NCBI GenBank assembly: GCA_037128175.1
Contig: JBAXWY010000006.1
Span: 28,858-92,857, forward strand
Reading direction: 5' to 3'
DNA length: 64,000 nt
Source: Methanothrix sp.
Lineage (GTDB): Archaea > Halobacteriota > Methanosarcinia > Methanotrichales > Methanotrichaceae
Shown here: positions 31,079 through 42,018 of the stretch, in pieces
How positions within the stretch are numbered: position 1 is the first letter of the stretch
Layout of the letters: each line of letters begins with the position of its first letter
Position numbers and translations under genes: made by a program
The notes under the pieces: model-generated
What the model saw: only the letters and a program-made list of their open reading frames with translations
What the model was told of the DNA's origin: nothing
Database searches by the model: none

Positions 31079-32383
31079 CTAGGGCACCAACCGCCTTCGG
31101 TCGCGCGGGAAGAGAACCGCATCGCGGATATTCTCCAATTTAAGCATGGTCATGACCAGCCGGGAGAGACCCAGCCCCCAGCCGGCATGAGGCGGCATAC
31201 CGTAGCGGAAGGCATTGAGGTAGAACTCGAATCCATCCGGGTCCAAGCCTTTCCCTTTTATGCGCTCCACAAGCTGGCTGTAGTCATGCACCCTCTGCGC
31301 CCCGCTGGCCAGCTCCATGCGCGGATGCATGAGATCAAAACCCCGGCAAACCTCGGGCCGGTCCTCATAAGGCAAGGTGTAGTAGGGCTTTATGGAGGAC
31401 GGCCAGTCGGTTAGGAAGTAGTGCTCGCCGATAGTTTCACCGAGGAACCTCTCCGTCTCTGTATCCAGATCATCACCCCACTGCATCTTGACGCCGGCCT
31501 TCGCTGCCGCCAGCTCCAGCGCCTCGGAATAGGTGATTCTCTTAAAGGGAAGCTTGGGAACTTGCAGATCCAGGCCCAATACCTCTAACTGGTAGCGGCA
31601 GTTCTCGGCCACATATAGGTAGGCTCCCGCCACCGCCTCTTCTAAAATCTCCATAACGTCCTTGTCATCGACAAAGCTAAACTCAATATCGATGGAGATG
31701 GCCTCATTGAGGTGGCGGCGGGTGTCATGCTCCTCTGCCCGGAAGATGGGCCCGATCTCAAAAACCCGGTCCATACCCGCACTCATGAGCATCTGTTTGT
31801 AGAGCTGTGGGCTCTGATTCAGGAAAGCCTCCTTCTCGAAGTAGCTGATGGGGAAGAGATCCGTTCCTCCTTCAGTGGCCGCTGCCACTATCTTGGGAGT
31901 GAAGACTTCAGTTACCCCTTTTTGGTAAAAGTAGCTTCTCAGGCTCTGCAAAACGGCGCTCTCGATCTCGAACGCAGCCAGAACAGAGGGCCTTCTGATG
32001 TCCATGAACCTGGCATCAAGGCGTGTGTCCAGCTCGCACTCCACCTTCTCCGTGGGGTCCAGGGGCAAAGGCACCTGGGCAGCATTCAACACCTGGATTT
32101 CCGTGGGAAGGATCTCATATCCGCGAGGAGCTTTAGCCTCTGCCTTGACACATCCCCGCACCATTACCACACTCTCCCTGCTGATGGAGCGCGCGCTCTT
32201 GAACATCTCTTTTCCCAGCAGCTTCTTGACCAAAGTTACCTGAGCCAGTCCTTTCCTGTCCCGCAGTACCAGGAAGGCTATGCCCCCCAGGTCGCGCATC
32301 TCGTGGGCAAAGCCGGTTAAAATTACCTCTTTGCCATCCAATCCTGCGTTAATATCGCCGGAATAATGAGTTCTAAGGATCAA
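31079..32383 (-). CDS. aspS: Aspartate--tRNA ligase (archaeal type)
   Basis: OB-fold (F..LRD), [22 protein letters not shown] and motif 3 G.G..R...FPRD. Confidence 0.96.
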   Translation of the reverse strand: MILRTHYSGDINAGLDGKEVILTGFAHEMRDLGGIAFLVLRDRKGLAQVTLVKKLLGKEMFKSARSISRESVVMVRGCVKAEAKAPRGYEILPTEIQVLNAAQVPLPLDPTEKVECELDTRLDARFMDIRRPSVLAAFEIESAVLQSLRSYFYQKGVTEVFTPKIVAAATEGGTDLFPISYFEKEAFLNQSPQLYKQMLMSAGMDRVFEIGPIFRAEEHDTRRHLNEAISIDIEFSFVDDKDVMEILEEAVAGAYLYVAENCRYQLEVLGLDLQVPKLPFKRITYSEALELAAAKAGVKMQWGDDLDTETERFLGETIGEHYFLTDWPSSIKPYYTLPYEDRPEVCRGFDLMHPRMELASGAQRVHDYSQLVERIKGKGLDPDGFEFYLNAFRYGMPPHAGWGLGLSRLVMTMLKLENIRDAVLFPRDRRRLVP

Positions 32384-32495
32384 GTCGTCTCACGCCAGCG
32401 AGATTGGATTCATGATATAAAAACCGTCTGGATAAGATAAAGACAAATAAGATGAGTGGCTACATTTCTTAAGTTGTTTATCAGGGTTTATAGAT

Positions 32496-32705
32496 ATGGC
32501 ACTATCCTTGCAGGGTTTCCTGGGCCAGAAGGAATTCTGGATTTTTCTCTTCATCTTAGGGTGGGTGCTGCTCAACTGGCCTTTAATTGAACTGGCGAGC
32601 AGCCACGTTATATTAGGTACGCCGGCCATATTGGTTTATATTGCCTCGATCTGGCTATTTTTCATCCTGGCTCTGTATCTCTTCGATCGGGGGAATTTTG
32701 ATTGA
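32496..32705 (+). CDS. Small two-TM protein coupled to SLC5 sensor-transporter
   Basis: Two hydrophobic helices (LNWP...YI..IW); 4-nt overlap with next gene. Confidence 0.7.
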   Translation: MALSLQGFLGQKEFWIFLFILGWVLLNWPLIELASSHVILGTPAILVYIASIWLFFILALYLFDRGNFD

Positions 32706-35700
32706 TTGGACAGAATGTCGCCTTGGTCGTAATGGTCCTTTACCTGCTGCTGCTCTTTGGCATCGCCCGGTATGCCGACCGCCAAAAACACTTAGGAAAG
32801 AGCATCGTGGCCAATCCCTATGTTTATGCTCTCTCTCTGTGCGTATACGTCTCGGCATGGACCTTTTACGGCTCCATCGGAAGGGCGGCATCCACAGGTC
32901 TCGAGTTTTTGCCCATCTACCTGGGACCCGTCTTGGCCATGACAGTTGGCTGGATAATAATCCGAAAAATGATTCGCGTCTCAAAAGAACACAGGCTCAC
33001 ATCCATTAGTGACTTTATCAGCTTCCGCTATGGGCGAAGCTACGCCATAGGTGCCGTGGTGGCAGCAATGAGCCTGATCATGGTAACACCTTATGTGGCA
33101 TTGCAGCTCATTGCCATCTCCACATCTCTCGATATATTGAGCGGCTCGAACATCATATTCCTAGGCTTTAATGTGGAAAGCAAGCTGGTAGTGGCCGTTC
33201 TCCTGGGGGCCTTTGCCGTTATATTCGGGGCACGCCATCTCGACCCTATGGAGCGCCATGAGGGCCTTATCGCTGTGGTGGCCTTTGAATCTCTGGTGAA
33301 GATCGTGGCCTTTCTTCTCGTGGGACTCTATGTCACCTATGGCGTCTTTTCAGGATACGGAGATATTATGAGCCGGACGATCGACCTGGCCTCAAACAAC
33401 CAGACATATGAGACGCTCATGGATGTAGAGCCGACGCTCTGGTTCACCTTGACTTTAGTATCCTTCTTTGCCATTCTTTTTTTGCCCAGGCAGTTTCATG
33501 TCATGGTGGTGGAAAACTCCGATGAGGTGCATCTCAAGAAGGCCATGTGGCTCTTTCCACTCTATCTTTTATTGATCAATATATTCGTTCCCGCTATTGC
33601 CTGGGGTGGGGTGCTCCTGAATACTCCGGGTCTGAAGGATGCCTTCGTAATAACCATACCTTACACGATGGGATTGGATGCTCTCTCGCTCTTCGTGTTC
33701 ATAGGAGGTACTTCAGCAGCCACGGCCATGATCCTGGTTGAATCCGTTGCCGTGGGCACCATGCTGCTCAACGATCTGGAGATGCCTTATATTTTAAGCC
33801 ATATAAAGAAGGACAAAAATCTGGCCGATACGCTTCTCAATACCAGAAGGCTGAACATACTTCTGGTCGTGTTCTTAGGATATCTCTACTCGCGTGCTGT
33901 GGCTTACCAGACACTGGCCGATATTGGAGTCGTCTCTTTTCTGGCGGCCAGCCAATTGGCTCCTGCCGCCTTGGGTGGCCTGTACTGGAAGAAAGGCAAC
34001 CGAAAAGGGGCCATGTTAGGCCTGATGTCAGGCTTTTTGCTCTGGGCCTACACCGCCCTCATTCCCACGGTTGCGAAAGGGAATGTCTGGCTGGTAGATT
34101 TAGTCCGGGATGGACCGTTCGGCATAGCCGCTCTTAGGCCCACCAATCTCTTCGGGCTTGATCTGGACATCTGGACCAACTCCGTATTCTGGACACTCCT
34201 CGTCAACTGTAGCCTGTATGTCCTCGTATCTTTGGCAAGCAAGCCCAATTTGGATGAAGAGAGCAATGCGAATTGCTTCGTGGATGCTTACCTGCAAAAG
34301 GCAACGCATCACGAACTGGAGAAGGGAGCGATACACCAGGGAACGGTTGAAGAGCTGGAGGCAACGCTGGCGCACTATATCGGTGAGACGCCGGCCAAGA
34401 TAGAGGTCGATGCCTACCTTGAGTTTCTCGGCACCAGCCGGGAGAAGATCGAGGCAGGACAGCTTCGGATGCTATGGGGCCAATTTGAGAAGACTCTTAC
34501 CGGTTTTGTGGGATCCTCGGCCACCAGGATGATTGTGGAAGATCAGGTAACTGTGAAGCCGGTGATGGAAGCCGTCAAGGAAACCCTTCCGGCATATGAT
34601 TTAGTGCGAGGAAAGATCTATGTCGTGCCTGAAATTGCCTATGAGGTCTTCACCGATCAGATCACCCATGGCGTGGAGGGGCTGTGCATTACGCATGATG
34701 CCCCGGAGGAGGTGAGGCGACGCTGGGGCTTTAAAGAGACGCCCATCATAAAACTCTCCGATGAGAAGGGAAGCGATCGCTACATCTCTCCCAGAAATCT
34801 GCCACTCCTATTTGTGACCATAAAGTCATTCGTTGAGTCCAGCAAGAACAGCATCATCCTCATAGACAGCATCGAGCAGCTCATCAAAGAGAACGAGGGC
34901 AAAATCCCGCAAAAGGAGATACTGGACTATGTCTACCAGATGGAGCTTTTGGGCCATAAGTCACATTTGATACTGGCGGAAAAGCCGGATTTTGTCCATA
35001 CGAGCATAACTATGAGCATAAATGAGGTCAAAGAGCTGCTTTTCTCATTAGGCCCCCTTTCCACCTATCTCTTCCGGGCATTCTCAGATGCCATGCTCTC
35101 AAAGCTCGACGATAATGTGAGAAAAGAGGTAGTTATGCAGGCCAATGAGCTAGTAGCCTCCGGAGAATTCTTTGAGACAGGCAAGCTGATGACGCAGCTT
35201 TCAGATGATTCCGTTGCCGCCTGCGAGCCGGATATGAAAGGCGCTCTGCAGTCCAGTGTGTCTCTTGATATCCGCATGGACCAGGTGCTGACCAGGCGCA
35301 GCTTCTTTGTGGCAGTGAGAAGACTGGACAGAATCATTAAGACGCACGATCCTGCCTTCGACCTTATCGCGACACTGGCGGAGCTCATGAAGAGCTATGG
35401 ACGAAGCCCCTATGAGATCTCCCTCATTCCAGGTACCACCTACATTATTGCCGAAGAAAAGCCACAAAAGAGCCTGGAGCTCTTCAGCGAACTGGTGAGG
35501 CACGGCATGGAAGGGCTGTGCTTGAGCCGCTACAATCCAAAAACCCTTAATGAAAGATATAATGTGCCGGAAGATGCGGTTATATGGCTTACGCAAAAGA
35601 GCGAGCCAGGGTACAGGACAGTGGACCCGACGAACTTCCCCCGGCTCTCCAGCATGATCTCCGATTTCCTGGGCCGGGCCAGCTATCCCATCATCTTGCT

Positions 35701-35881
35701 GGAAGGAATGGGATATCTCATCACCCAGAGCAACTACGAAACTGTGCTCCGGTTTGTCCAGTCCCAGAGAGACGAGATCGCCCTGAAGAACGCGATAATG
35801 CTGGTGCATATCGATCCACTTTCCCTGGACACAAAGGAGCTGCATCGCCTGGGTAGTGAAATGGAGACATTTAAGGTATGA
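32702..35881 (+). CDS. Sodium:solute symporter (SLC5)-STAC-like-2x DUF835 fusion
   Basis: CbrA/CrbS-like YALSL..Y..AWTFYGSIG, SISDFIS.RYG, PYVALQL and LPRQFHV; STAC-like segment (L.GFVGSSATRM); two GLC.T/SR..P...W/KL...LxxL domains. Confidence 0.8.
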   Translation: MIGQNVALVVMVLYLLLLFGIARYADRQKHLGKSIVANPYVYALSLCVYVSAWTFYGSIGRAASTGLEFLPIYLGPVLAMTVGWIIIRKMIRVSKEHRLTSISDFISFRYGRSYAIGAVVAAMSLIMVTPYVALQLIAISTSLDILSGSNIIFLGFNVESKLVVAVLLGAFAVIFGARHLDPMERHEGLIAVVAFESLVKIVAFLLVGLYVTYGVFSGYGDIMSRTIDLASNNQTYETLMDVEPTLWFTLTLVSFFAILFLPRQFHVMVVENSDEVHLKKAMWLFPLYLLLINIFVPAIAWGGVLLNTPGLKDAFVITIPYTMGLDALSLFVFIGGTSAATAMILVESVAVGTMLLNDLEMPYILSHIKKDKNLADTLLNTRRLNILLVVFLGYLYSRAVAYQTLADIGVVSFLAASQLAPAALGGLYWKKGNRKGAMLGLMSGFLLWAYTALIPTVAKGNVWLVDLVRDGPFGIAALRPTNLFGLDLDIWTNSVFWTLLVNCSLYVLVSLASKPNLDEESNANCFVDAYLQKATHHELEKGAIHQGTVEELEATLAHYIGETPAKIEVDAYLEFLGTSREKIEAGQLRMLWGQFEKTLTGFVGSSATRMIVEDQVTVKPVMEAVKETLPAYDLVRGKIYVVPEIAYEVFTDQITHGVEGLCITHDAPEEVRRRWGFKETPIIKLSDEKGSDRYISPRNLPLLFVTIKSFVESSKNSIILIDSIEQLIKENEGKIPQKEILDYVYQMELLGHKSHLILAEKPDFVHTSITMSINEVKELLFSLGPLSTYLFRAFSDAMLSKLDDNVRKEVVMQANELVASGEFFETGKLMTQLSDDSVAACEPDMKGALQSSVSLDIRMDQVLTRRSFFVAVRRLDRIIKTHDPAFDLIATLAELMKSYGRSPYEISLIPGTTYIIAEEKPQKSLELFSELVRHGMEGLCLSRYNPKTLNERYNVPEDAVIWLTQKSEPGYRTVDPTNFPRLSSMISDFLGRASYPIILLEGMGYLITQSNYETVLRFVQSQRDEIALKNAIMLVHIDPLSLDTKELHRLGSEMETFKV

Positions 35882-35932
35882 TATAGAATATAGAAAAACA
35901 TTCTAATAGTTAGCGAGCCCTAATTTGATGCT

Positions 35933-36175
35933 ATGAGCGATGTAGGACTTATATTATTATTCGTAGCCATAGTCTTTGGCGCATTCTTGATCCTGAGATC
36001 CCTCAAGAATTTCGTAATTAATGCCATAATGGGGCTGGTTATCCTTTATATCGCTGATGCCATAGCAGGTCTGGGAATTGGCCACAGCTGGCTGGTGATC
36101 TTGATCTGCGGCATCGGCGGAGTCTTGGGTGCATTCCTGGTGATACTGCTCCATTTCCTAGGCGTTGTAATTTAA
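35933..36175 (+). CDS. BofA-like small membrane protein
   Basis: Three TM helices; NAIMG and ICGIGGVLG motifs. Confidence 0.7.
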   Translation: MSDVGLILLFVAIVFGAFLILRSLKNFVINAIMGLVILYIADAIAGLGIGHSWLVILICGIGGVLGAFLVILLHFLGVVI

Positions 36176-36459
36176 AGGGAATCTAATTTTTCATTCCTTT
36201 CTAAAACGCTCACTAGATTGTCATTAATTGTAGAATTCATATTATTAAGATTTTGCAGCAGCTCATGACCGGAAGACGTGGTCTTGTATAGCCGTTCTTC
36301 TTTTACCAGATAACCGTGCGAAGTTAACCATTCGAGGTATAATCCGGCATTTTTAAAATTAAGGTTTACCTGGTAGACTATTTTGGTCTTGCTTGAGCCA
36401 TCCGTTTTGCATATATTGAGAATACAGCCAAGTATCTCCGGCTTATTTCTTCGCGTCAT
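36172..36459 (-). CDS. Winged helix-turn-helix protein (HTH_45-like)
   Basis: RR...EI...IL, KTKIVYQVNLNF and Y.TT..G.ELL. Confidence 0.85.
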   Translation of the reverse strand: MTRRNKPEILGCILNICKTDGSSKTKIVYQVNLNFKNAGLYLEWLTSHGYLVKEERLYKTTSSGHELLQNLNNMNSTINDNLVSVLERNEKLDSL

Positions 36460-36608
36460 CTCCAATTTCCCCGCTTTTTGTCGGCCTCCGTATACTATAT
36501 TAGATTAGATACTGATAAAACTTTCGTAACTTTAATATCATGTAATCTTTTCGGCAAAAAAGATATAGAATTATAAAGATGAGTGTTACTGCAAAAAGAT
36601 AAAAAGTA

Positions 36609-37064
36609 TTATCTGCACACAATGGATGCAATCATCGTATCCAGTTCTTCTGCATCCCGTCGCAGTGGTTCCTCACCCTGGCTCTTGAGCTTTGCCAGAT
36701 CCCGGCGCAAGGGTCCCAGACGTAAGCCCGCGTTTTGTCCCTCGGCATGGCATGCCAGTTGCCGCAGCCTCTCCAGCCTCTGCCTCATAGCATCCGGCCT
36801 TTGCAGCAATTCCGACAGCCCTTGCAGGGCCTTGACGACGCTTTTGCCGCGCGCTGTTAGCTCCAGGTAATTGATCCTTCCCTCCGGCCGCGACTTGATC
36901 AAACCCTGCGCTTCCAGCTCACGAAAGATGCTGCAGGTATGGGGAAAGGTAGAATCTATGCGCTTGGCAACCAGCGCGGCATAGGCGTGCTCGATCTCAC
37001 CTACGGCCATAATAGCTAAAACGGGCTTTTCCCGGAGGAAAAGCCGCTCTAGTGGTTCACGCAT
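36609..37064 (-). CDS. MarR-like wHTH transcriptional regulator
   Basis: YA..VAK.IDSTF.H...I..ELE..GLI....GR...LELT.RG. Confidence 0.8.
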   Translation of the reverse strand: MREPLERLFLREKPVLAIMAVGEIEHAYAALVAKRIDSTFPHTCSIFRELEAQGLIKSRPEGRINYLELTARGKSVVKALQGLSELLQRPDAMRQRLERLRQLACHAEGQNAGLRLGPLRRDLAKLKSQGEEPLRRDAEELDTMIASIVCR

Positions 37065-37079
37065 GCATTCTCAAACTTT

Positions 37080-38042
37080 TCAGGCCTGCACAGCTGCGTT
37101 TGCTTGGACCTGTGTGGGTGTGATGACCGGAGCGGAAAGGGCCTGCTCCGGCGGGGTTATGTCAGTCGGCTTGTCGAAGTCATAATACAGATCATCCGTC
37201 TCTATGCTGACCGATATTTCTCCCAGCCTAATCGATTGATTGAACATCTTCATCTGGCCGGTATTGGAATCCATGGCACCTATGATCTCCGGCGTCATGG
37301 AAAAGCTCATGATGCTATGGTATTTCACAGGCAAGTAAGACTTCTTGGAGATCCAAATCGTCTTTTCTATCTTGCCCGTCTCGTTCAGCTCGGTTCTGTT
37401 GACTGAGGGCAAATACATGGGATACTGAGTCACCTTAGCTGCTATGGCAAAAGCGGCATTTTGGAGATTGATGTTATCCCCACTCCCGGTTACAATCTTC
37501 AATTTGTAGGCATCCTCGCCACTGATAGCCTCCGTGCCGAGATCCTCCGTAATGGAAAGATTAAACGTCTCTGCTATGGATTTTACCTGATTATTTTTGT
37601 CCGGGCCCCAAACCTCTTGCATAGACCGCGGGTCCACAAGATGAGTCCAATTGCCACTCTCATCATTTACATAGGTTGAGTTTCCGATCTGATAAACATC
37701 GGCACTTGTGGTGCTGGTGTTCGCCGGCTGGCCGGACATCTCCATCTGGTTCTTGGTCGAGCCGCTGGCATGAGCCGCTAAGCTAGACATGTTTACAACG
37801 GCATCAGTTTCAGCGTTTTCCGTGACGGTGGTTGACTTATCAGTAGTTGCATTGGCCCCGGAATTGAGCTTTAGCGTCTGAGTCACTGAACTCTTGATGC
37901 TGTAGCTGGTCAGGTTTTCGGCTGCTGCAATGGATAGAGTCTTCTGCTCTGCTGCACTCTTATCCGTAACACTCGGACCTTTCTCCGTGCAACCGGATAT
38001 GGCCACGGCAATCAACATAAGGACTAGTAATAATCTCTTCAT
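37080..38042 (-). CDS. Lipoprotein, LppX/LprAFG-like (DUF6612-like)
   Basis: Lipobox ISGC; LTSYSI, YQIGNSTY...GNW and IWISKKSYLP; paralogue of 18459-19436. Confidence 0.6.
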   Translation of the reverse strand: MKRLLLVLMLIAVAISGCTEKGPSVTDKSAAEQKTLSIAAAENLTSYSIKSSVTQTLKLNSGANATTDKSTTVTENAETDAVVNMSSLAAHASGSTKNQMEMSGQPANTSTTSADVYQIGNSTYVNDESGNWTHLVDPRSMQEVWGPDKNNQVKSIAETFNLSITEDLGTEAISGEDAYKLKIVTGSGDNINLQNAAFAIAAKVTQYPMYLPSVNRTELNETGKIEKTIWISKKSYLPVKYHSIMSFSMTPEIIGAMDSNTGQMKMFNQSIRLGEISVSIETDDLYYDFDKPTDITPPEQALSAPVITPTQVQANAAVQA

Positions 38043-38072
38043 ATTTTAAGCTCCAATCTTAGTCATTCAAGC

Positions 38073-38993
38073 CTAATTTTGCCCGGTGGGCAAAAACTTT
38101 TCGCCTGTGATCATCTCGAAGAGTTTGATGTAGATCCTGCTCGTCTCTTGCACCACAACAGGTGGCAGAGCTGGAATGGGCGGCTCATTTTGGCCGGCGT
38201 CTCGGGCTTTATAGAGCTGATCTTTGTAGCCCGTCTGGCGATAGTACTGGCGCACATACTCCTTGGATAAGTCCACGAACTCACCCCGATCATAGCAGGC
38301 CTTGTCCCAGAAGCGATCCTCATCTGCGGTTCCGTAGACATCGATCACCATGATCTCTCTTCCCTCGTCAAAGGCCAGCTCCTTTTTGCCGTCCACGTGA
38401 ATCAGGCCTCGCGAGGCAACGCTCTTGCCGATGTCCTCATCGATCTTGAGCACAACCTCCCGGGCATCCTCATATTCCTGAGAGGAAAGGCCGGAGATGT
38501 GCAGGGCTTCTGCCTTTTCCAGCAGGCGATCGGTCTTCTCTAGCTTTGTGGAGACCTCCAGGAAGGGTTCGGGAAGAATCTCGCCGTAGATGACCTTGTG
38601 ACCGGCTGGAAAGCCGAGGAACTCTGCCGAGACCTTGCCCTCTTCTACACGGTCGTATAGGGATCCGGCCACATACCAGCGGCAGATCCACTCCAGAGGA
38701 ATGAGGTAGTTCTTGGACTTTCCTGTAATCTGCTGCGGCTGGAGTATGTCCACCTTTTTACAGATCATGCCTGTGGGGGCCCGGTACTCCAAAAAGTGGG
38801 TCTTGATGCCCATCCTGGCCGCTCTCTTAAACCAATAAACGCCCTCACGACTGAGGGTTTCTCCCTTAAAGGGAATCAGGCTAGGAATAACCTTGTCGAA
38901 GACAGAGATGTTGTCTGTAAAGAGAAACTCAAGTCGGTCCCCGAGGTCGTAGGCCTCTTTGACCTTGCCCTTTATCAAAAGCTTGCGCTGCAT
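38073..38993 (-). CDS. purC: SAICAR synthase
   Basis: GKVKEAY, TDNISVFD, IPLEWICR..VAGS, DGKKE, DEDRFW and KEYVRQY. Confidence 0.95.
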   Translation of the reverse strand: MQRKLLIKGKVKEAYDLGDRLEFLFTDNISVFDKVIPSLIPFKGETLSREGVYWFKRAARMGIKTHFLEYRAPTGMICKKVDILQPQQITGKSKNYLIPLEWICRWYVAGSLYDRVEEGKVSAEFLGFPAGHKVIYGEILPEPFLEVSTKLEKTDRLLEKAEALHISGLSSQEYEDAREVVLKIDEDIGKSVASRGLIHVDGKKELAFDEGREIMVIDVYGTADEDRFWDKACYDRGEFVDLSKEYVRQYYRQTGYKDQLYKARDAGQNEPPIPALPPVVVQETSRIYIKLFEMITGEKFLPTGQN

Positions 38994-39063
38994 CGGAGCC
39001 TATCTGGCCGGGAAAGATGATAACACTTTTGGTTTTGAAGCAAAAAAGGAGGATAAGAGAGGT

Positions 39064-40713
39064 CTATTCCTCTCCGCCCATACCGCCCATGCCTGGTGGC
39101 ATGCCACCCATGCCGCCAGGCATACCGCCCGATCCGCCGGATTTGGAGGCGATGACATCGTCGATCCGGAGAATCATGACTGCGGCCTCAGTAGCACTGT
39201 TGATGGCCTGGGTCTTGACCCGCAGGGGTTCGACAACGCCCAGCTTCAGCATGTCCACAGGCTCGCCGGTGTCCATGTCCAGGCCGGCGCTCTTAATGCC
39301 TTTCTCATGCTGGCTTCTCAGAGACACCAGGGAATCGATCTGATCCAGACCGGCGTTCTCGGCCAGGGTCTTGGGAATGACTTCCATGGAGTCCGCGAAG
39401 GCCTCAATGGCCAGCTGCTCGCGACCGCCCACGGTTGCCGCGTACTCGCGCAGGCGTAGCGCCAGCTCGACCTCAGGGGCACCGCCGCCGGGCACAATCT
39501 GTTTGTCTTCTACGACTACGCCCACAACGCGCAGCGCATCTTCCATGGCCCGGCTGAGCTCATCGACCACGTGTTCGGTTCCGCCCCGCAGGATGATGGA
39601 AACGGACTTGGGGTTCTCGCACTCTACCACAAAAGTCATCTTCTCGTCGCCAATCTTCCTCTCTTCGACAACGCCCGCTTTGCCCAGGTCGTTCTTGGTC
39701 AGATCGTGGATGCTGGTGACAACTCTTCCGCCTGTAGCGCGGCCCAGCTTCTCCATATCGCTCTTCTTGACGCGGCGAACCGTGTAGATGCCGGCCTTGG
39801 CCAGGAAGTGCTGGGCCAGGTCATCGATGCCCTTCTGGCAGAAGACGACGTTAGCGCCGGTGGCCATGATGTCATCCACCATGCCCTTGAGCATGGTCTC
39901 TTCCTGGTCCAGGAAGGCCTGCAGTTGATCGGGCGAGGTGATCTCTATCTTGGCATCGACCTCAGTCTTCTCGATCTCGATGGCAGCATTGAGCAGCGCA
40001 ATCTTTGCGCCCGTGACCTTCTTGGGCATGTTGGGATGCAGCCGGTCTTTGTCGATGACCATGCCGTGTACCAGCTCGGAATCGGTAATTCCGCCGCCCA
40101 CCTTCTTCTCTACGGTGATGTTGTCGGTGTCGACAGACCCGTCCTCATCCACTATGGCCTTGACAGCCTCAACGGCCAGGTTGGCAAGCTCGCCTCGAGC
40201 AGTGCCCGAGCCCTTGCCGGTCATGGCGGTGATGGCGATCTTCGTTAAAAACTCAGTATCTTTAACAGAGACATCCACGGCAATAGTCTTCAGAATTTCC
40301 AGAGACTTGTCTGCAGCAGCCCTGTAGCCGGCAGCGATAACCGTGGGATGAATCTCCTGATCAAGCAGAGACTCGGCCTGCTTGAGCAGTTCCCCAGCAA
40401 GCACCACGGCGGTAGTGGTTCCATCTCCAACCTCAGCATCCTGGGTCTTGGCAATCTCCACCATCATCTTGGCGGCGGGATGCTCGATGTCCATCTCTTT
40501 AAGAATGGTAACACCATCGTTGGTTATTACTACGTCGCCCAGAGTATCGACCAGCATCTTGTCCATGCCCTTGGGGCCGAGTGTGGTTCTAACGGCTCCT
40601 GCCACGGCCTTGGCGGCCATGATGTTCGACCTCTGTGCTTCCCGGCCAGCCGTTCTTTGGCTGCCTTCCTTGAGAATAACTACTTGCGCTCCACCAAATT
40701 GTCCTGCTGCCAT
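39064..40713 (-). CDS. Thermosome subunit (group II chaperonin)
   Basis: [30 protein letters not shown] and GGM-rich tail. Confidence 0.97.
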   Translation of the reverse strand: MAAGQFGGAQVVILKEGSQRTAGREAQRSNIMAAKAVAGAVRTTLGPKGMDKMLVDTLGDVVITNDGVTILKEMDIEHPAAKMMVEIAKTQDAEVGDGTTTAVVLAGELLKQAESLLDQEIHPTVIAAGYRAAADKSLEILKTIAVDVSVKDTEFLTKIAITAMTGKGSGTARGELANLAVEAVKAIVDEDGSVDTDNITVEKKVGGGITDSELVHGMVIDKDRLHPNMPKKVTGAKIALLNAAIEIEKTEVDAKIEITSPDQLQAFLDQEETMLKGMVDDIMATGANVVFCQKGIDDLAQHFLAKAGIYTVRRVKKSDMEKLGRATGGRVVTSIHDLTKNDLGKAGVVEERKIGDEKMTFVVECENPKSVSIILRGGTEHVVDELSRAMEDALRVVGVVVEDKQIVPGGGAPEVELALRLREYAATVGGREQLAIEAFADSMEVIPKTLAENAGLDQIDSLVSLRSQHEKGIKSAGLDMDTGEPVDMLKLGVVEPLRVKTQAINSATEAAVMILRIDDVIASKSGGSGGMPGGMGGMPPGMGGMGGEE

Positions 40714-40876
40714 TTAATACCTCCAATTGCGATTTAGATCAAATTAAGGCATCGGATGTTTGAACGTCTATATGAATGTTGCGAGTGGGAGGATGTTGAA
40801 TCTTAGTGATAAGATCGTAAGGAGCCAATTTGGTAATAAATTGTAGATTTGACAAATTATTTTACCATTTATAATT

Positions 40877-41509
40877 TTAAAACAATCTTGGTAATGGAAT
40901 GATGAATATGTTTGGGCGTTGCGCCACTTGGACATTATTAGCAGAGGGTGTTCCAGACAAATACGAATAGGCGAAATATAGAATTATGATCACCAAGAGT
41001 ATTAACGCAAAACCTAGAAGCAATATTGAACGGTTGCCCCATTTATATTCTTCATTATAAATATCATATATAAAATCCCATTGTTGATCTCTTGTTTCCG
41101 GTAATTCCCCTAACGGAGATGCTGCTTGAACGGACTTTATGTTAGACGCAATTGATGTTACTAGGACTATTGCCGCAAGAACAATCACGCCGATGATATA
41201 TGGATCTATCTGAATTTTATCTCCATTTCCATTAAAAATGAAGTATAATAACCCGAATACACCCGTCAAAAGAACTCCGCAGGCAGGGATCACAGCTTTA
41301 CTTTGCTCCCTTATGTGATTACGGTTAACCTTATAAATATTTATATAATCGTTAGAATCTAATAATTGATTGGAAACGAGATGGACATCAAGTGGCTCTA
41401 ATTCGGATTCTAATTCTTGTTCCAATCCAGGAACTGATTCGGATTTTAATTCAGGCTCAGATTCAAGTTCGGTTTTGCCGTCCGAGCTAATAGATTGGTT
41501 TTCTTCCAA
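40877..41509 (-). CDS. Hypothetical membrane protein (AT-rich) with acidic ELES-type N-terminal repeats
   Basis: 210-aa ORF, 3 TM helices (2+1), low GC. Confidence 0.55.
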   Translation of the reverse strand: MEENQSISSDGKTELESEPELKSESVPGLEQELESELEPLDVHLVSNQLLDSNDYINIYKVNRNHIREQSKAVIPACGVLLTGVFGLLYFIFNGNGDKIQIDPYIIGVIVLAAIVLVTSIASNIKSVQAASPLGELPETRDQQWDFIYDIYNEEYKWGNRSILLLGFALILLVIIILYFAYSYLSGTPSANNVQVAQRPNIFIIPLPRLF

Positions 41510-41536
41510 TTGAGATAACTTCCGTTACATTTAGTC

Positions 41537-41860
41537 TTATCTTATTACTGCCTTTGGATAAAAATGCAATTTATTACGGTCAACTTGGTTTACTCGTATA
41601 GTATCTTCAACAATTTTTAATCTATCGGCATTGGGTACATAAATACCCCAATTTCTTTCTTTGACACCCATATCTTTTGCGATCTGCATCCTTAAAATGC
41701 CGATTTGTTCGTCGCCTCTTATAACTACAAGATGTCCGCGATTTCCAGGTAATTGAACGCGAATATTGTTAGGTGGTAAACTTTCTCTGACGTTCCTCCT
41801 GGCATGGCAACTAACTGCTTTCACCTTATCTCTAATCGACTTCATTGGAGGCTTTGTCAT
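41537..41860 (-). CDS. Hypothetical protein, possible ubiquitin-like beta-grasp domain
   Basis: 3' part of ORF 41537-42325 (the 5' part is an alternative frame of the upstream gene). Strand-strand-helix-strand pattern; start uncertain. Confidence 0.45.
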   Translation of the reverse strand: MTKPPMKSIRDKVKAVSCHARRNVRESLPPNNIRVQLPGNRGHLVVIRGDEQIGILRMQIAKDMGVKERNWGIYVPNADRLKIVEDTIRVNQVDRNKLHFYPKAVIR

Positions 41861-42018
41861 TAGATCATATAACTGAATTGCTTTGCTTATAATCCTTTTC
41901 AGTAGATTCACCAAAAAATAAACCACTCCCGAGATTTTAAGGAGCAACTCACGGGCCATTAGATGCTGATCGAAAACGCCAAAATGACTTCGCCGCTTCG
42001 CTTCACTCGTGAGAGCCG

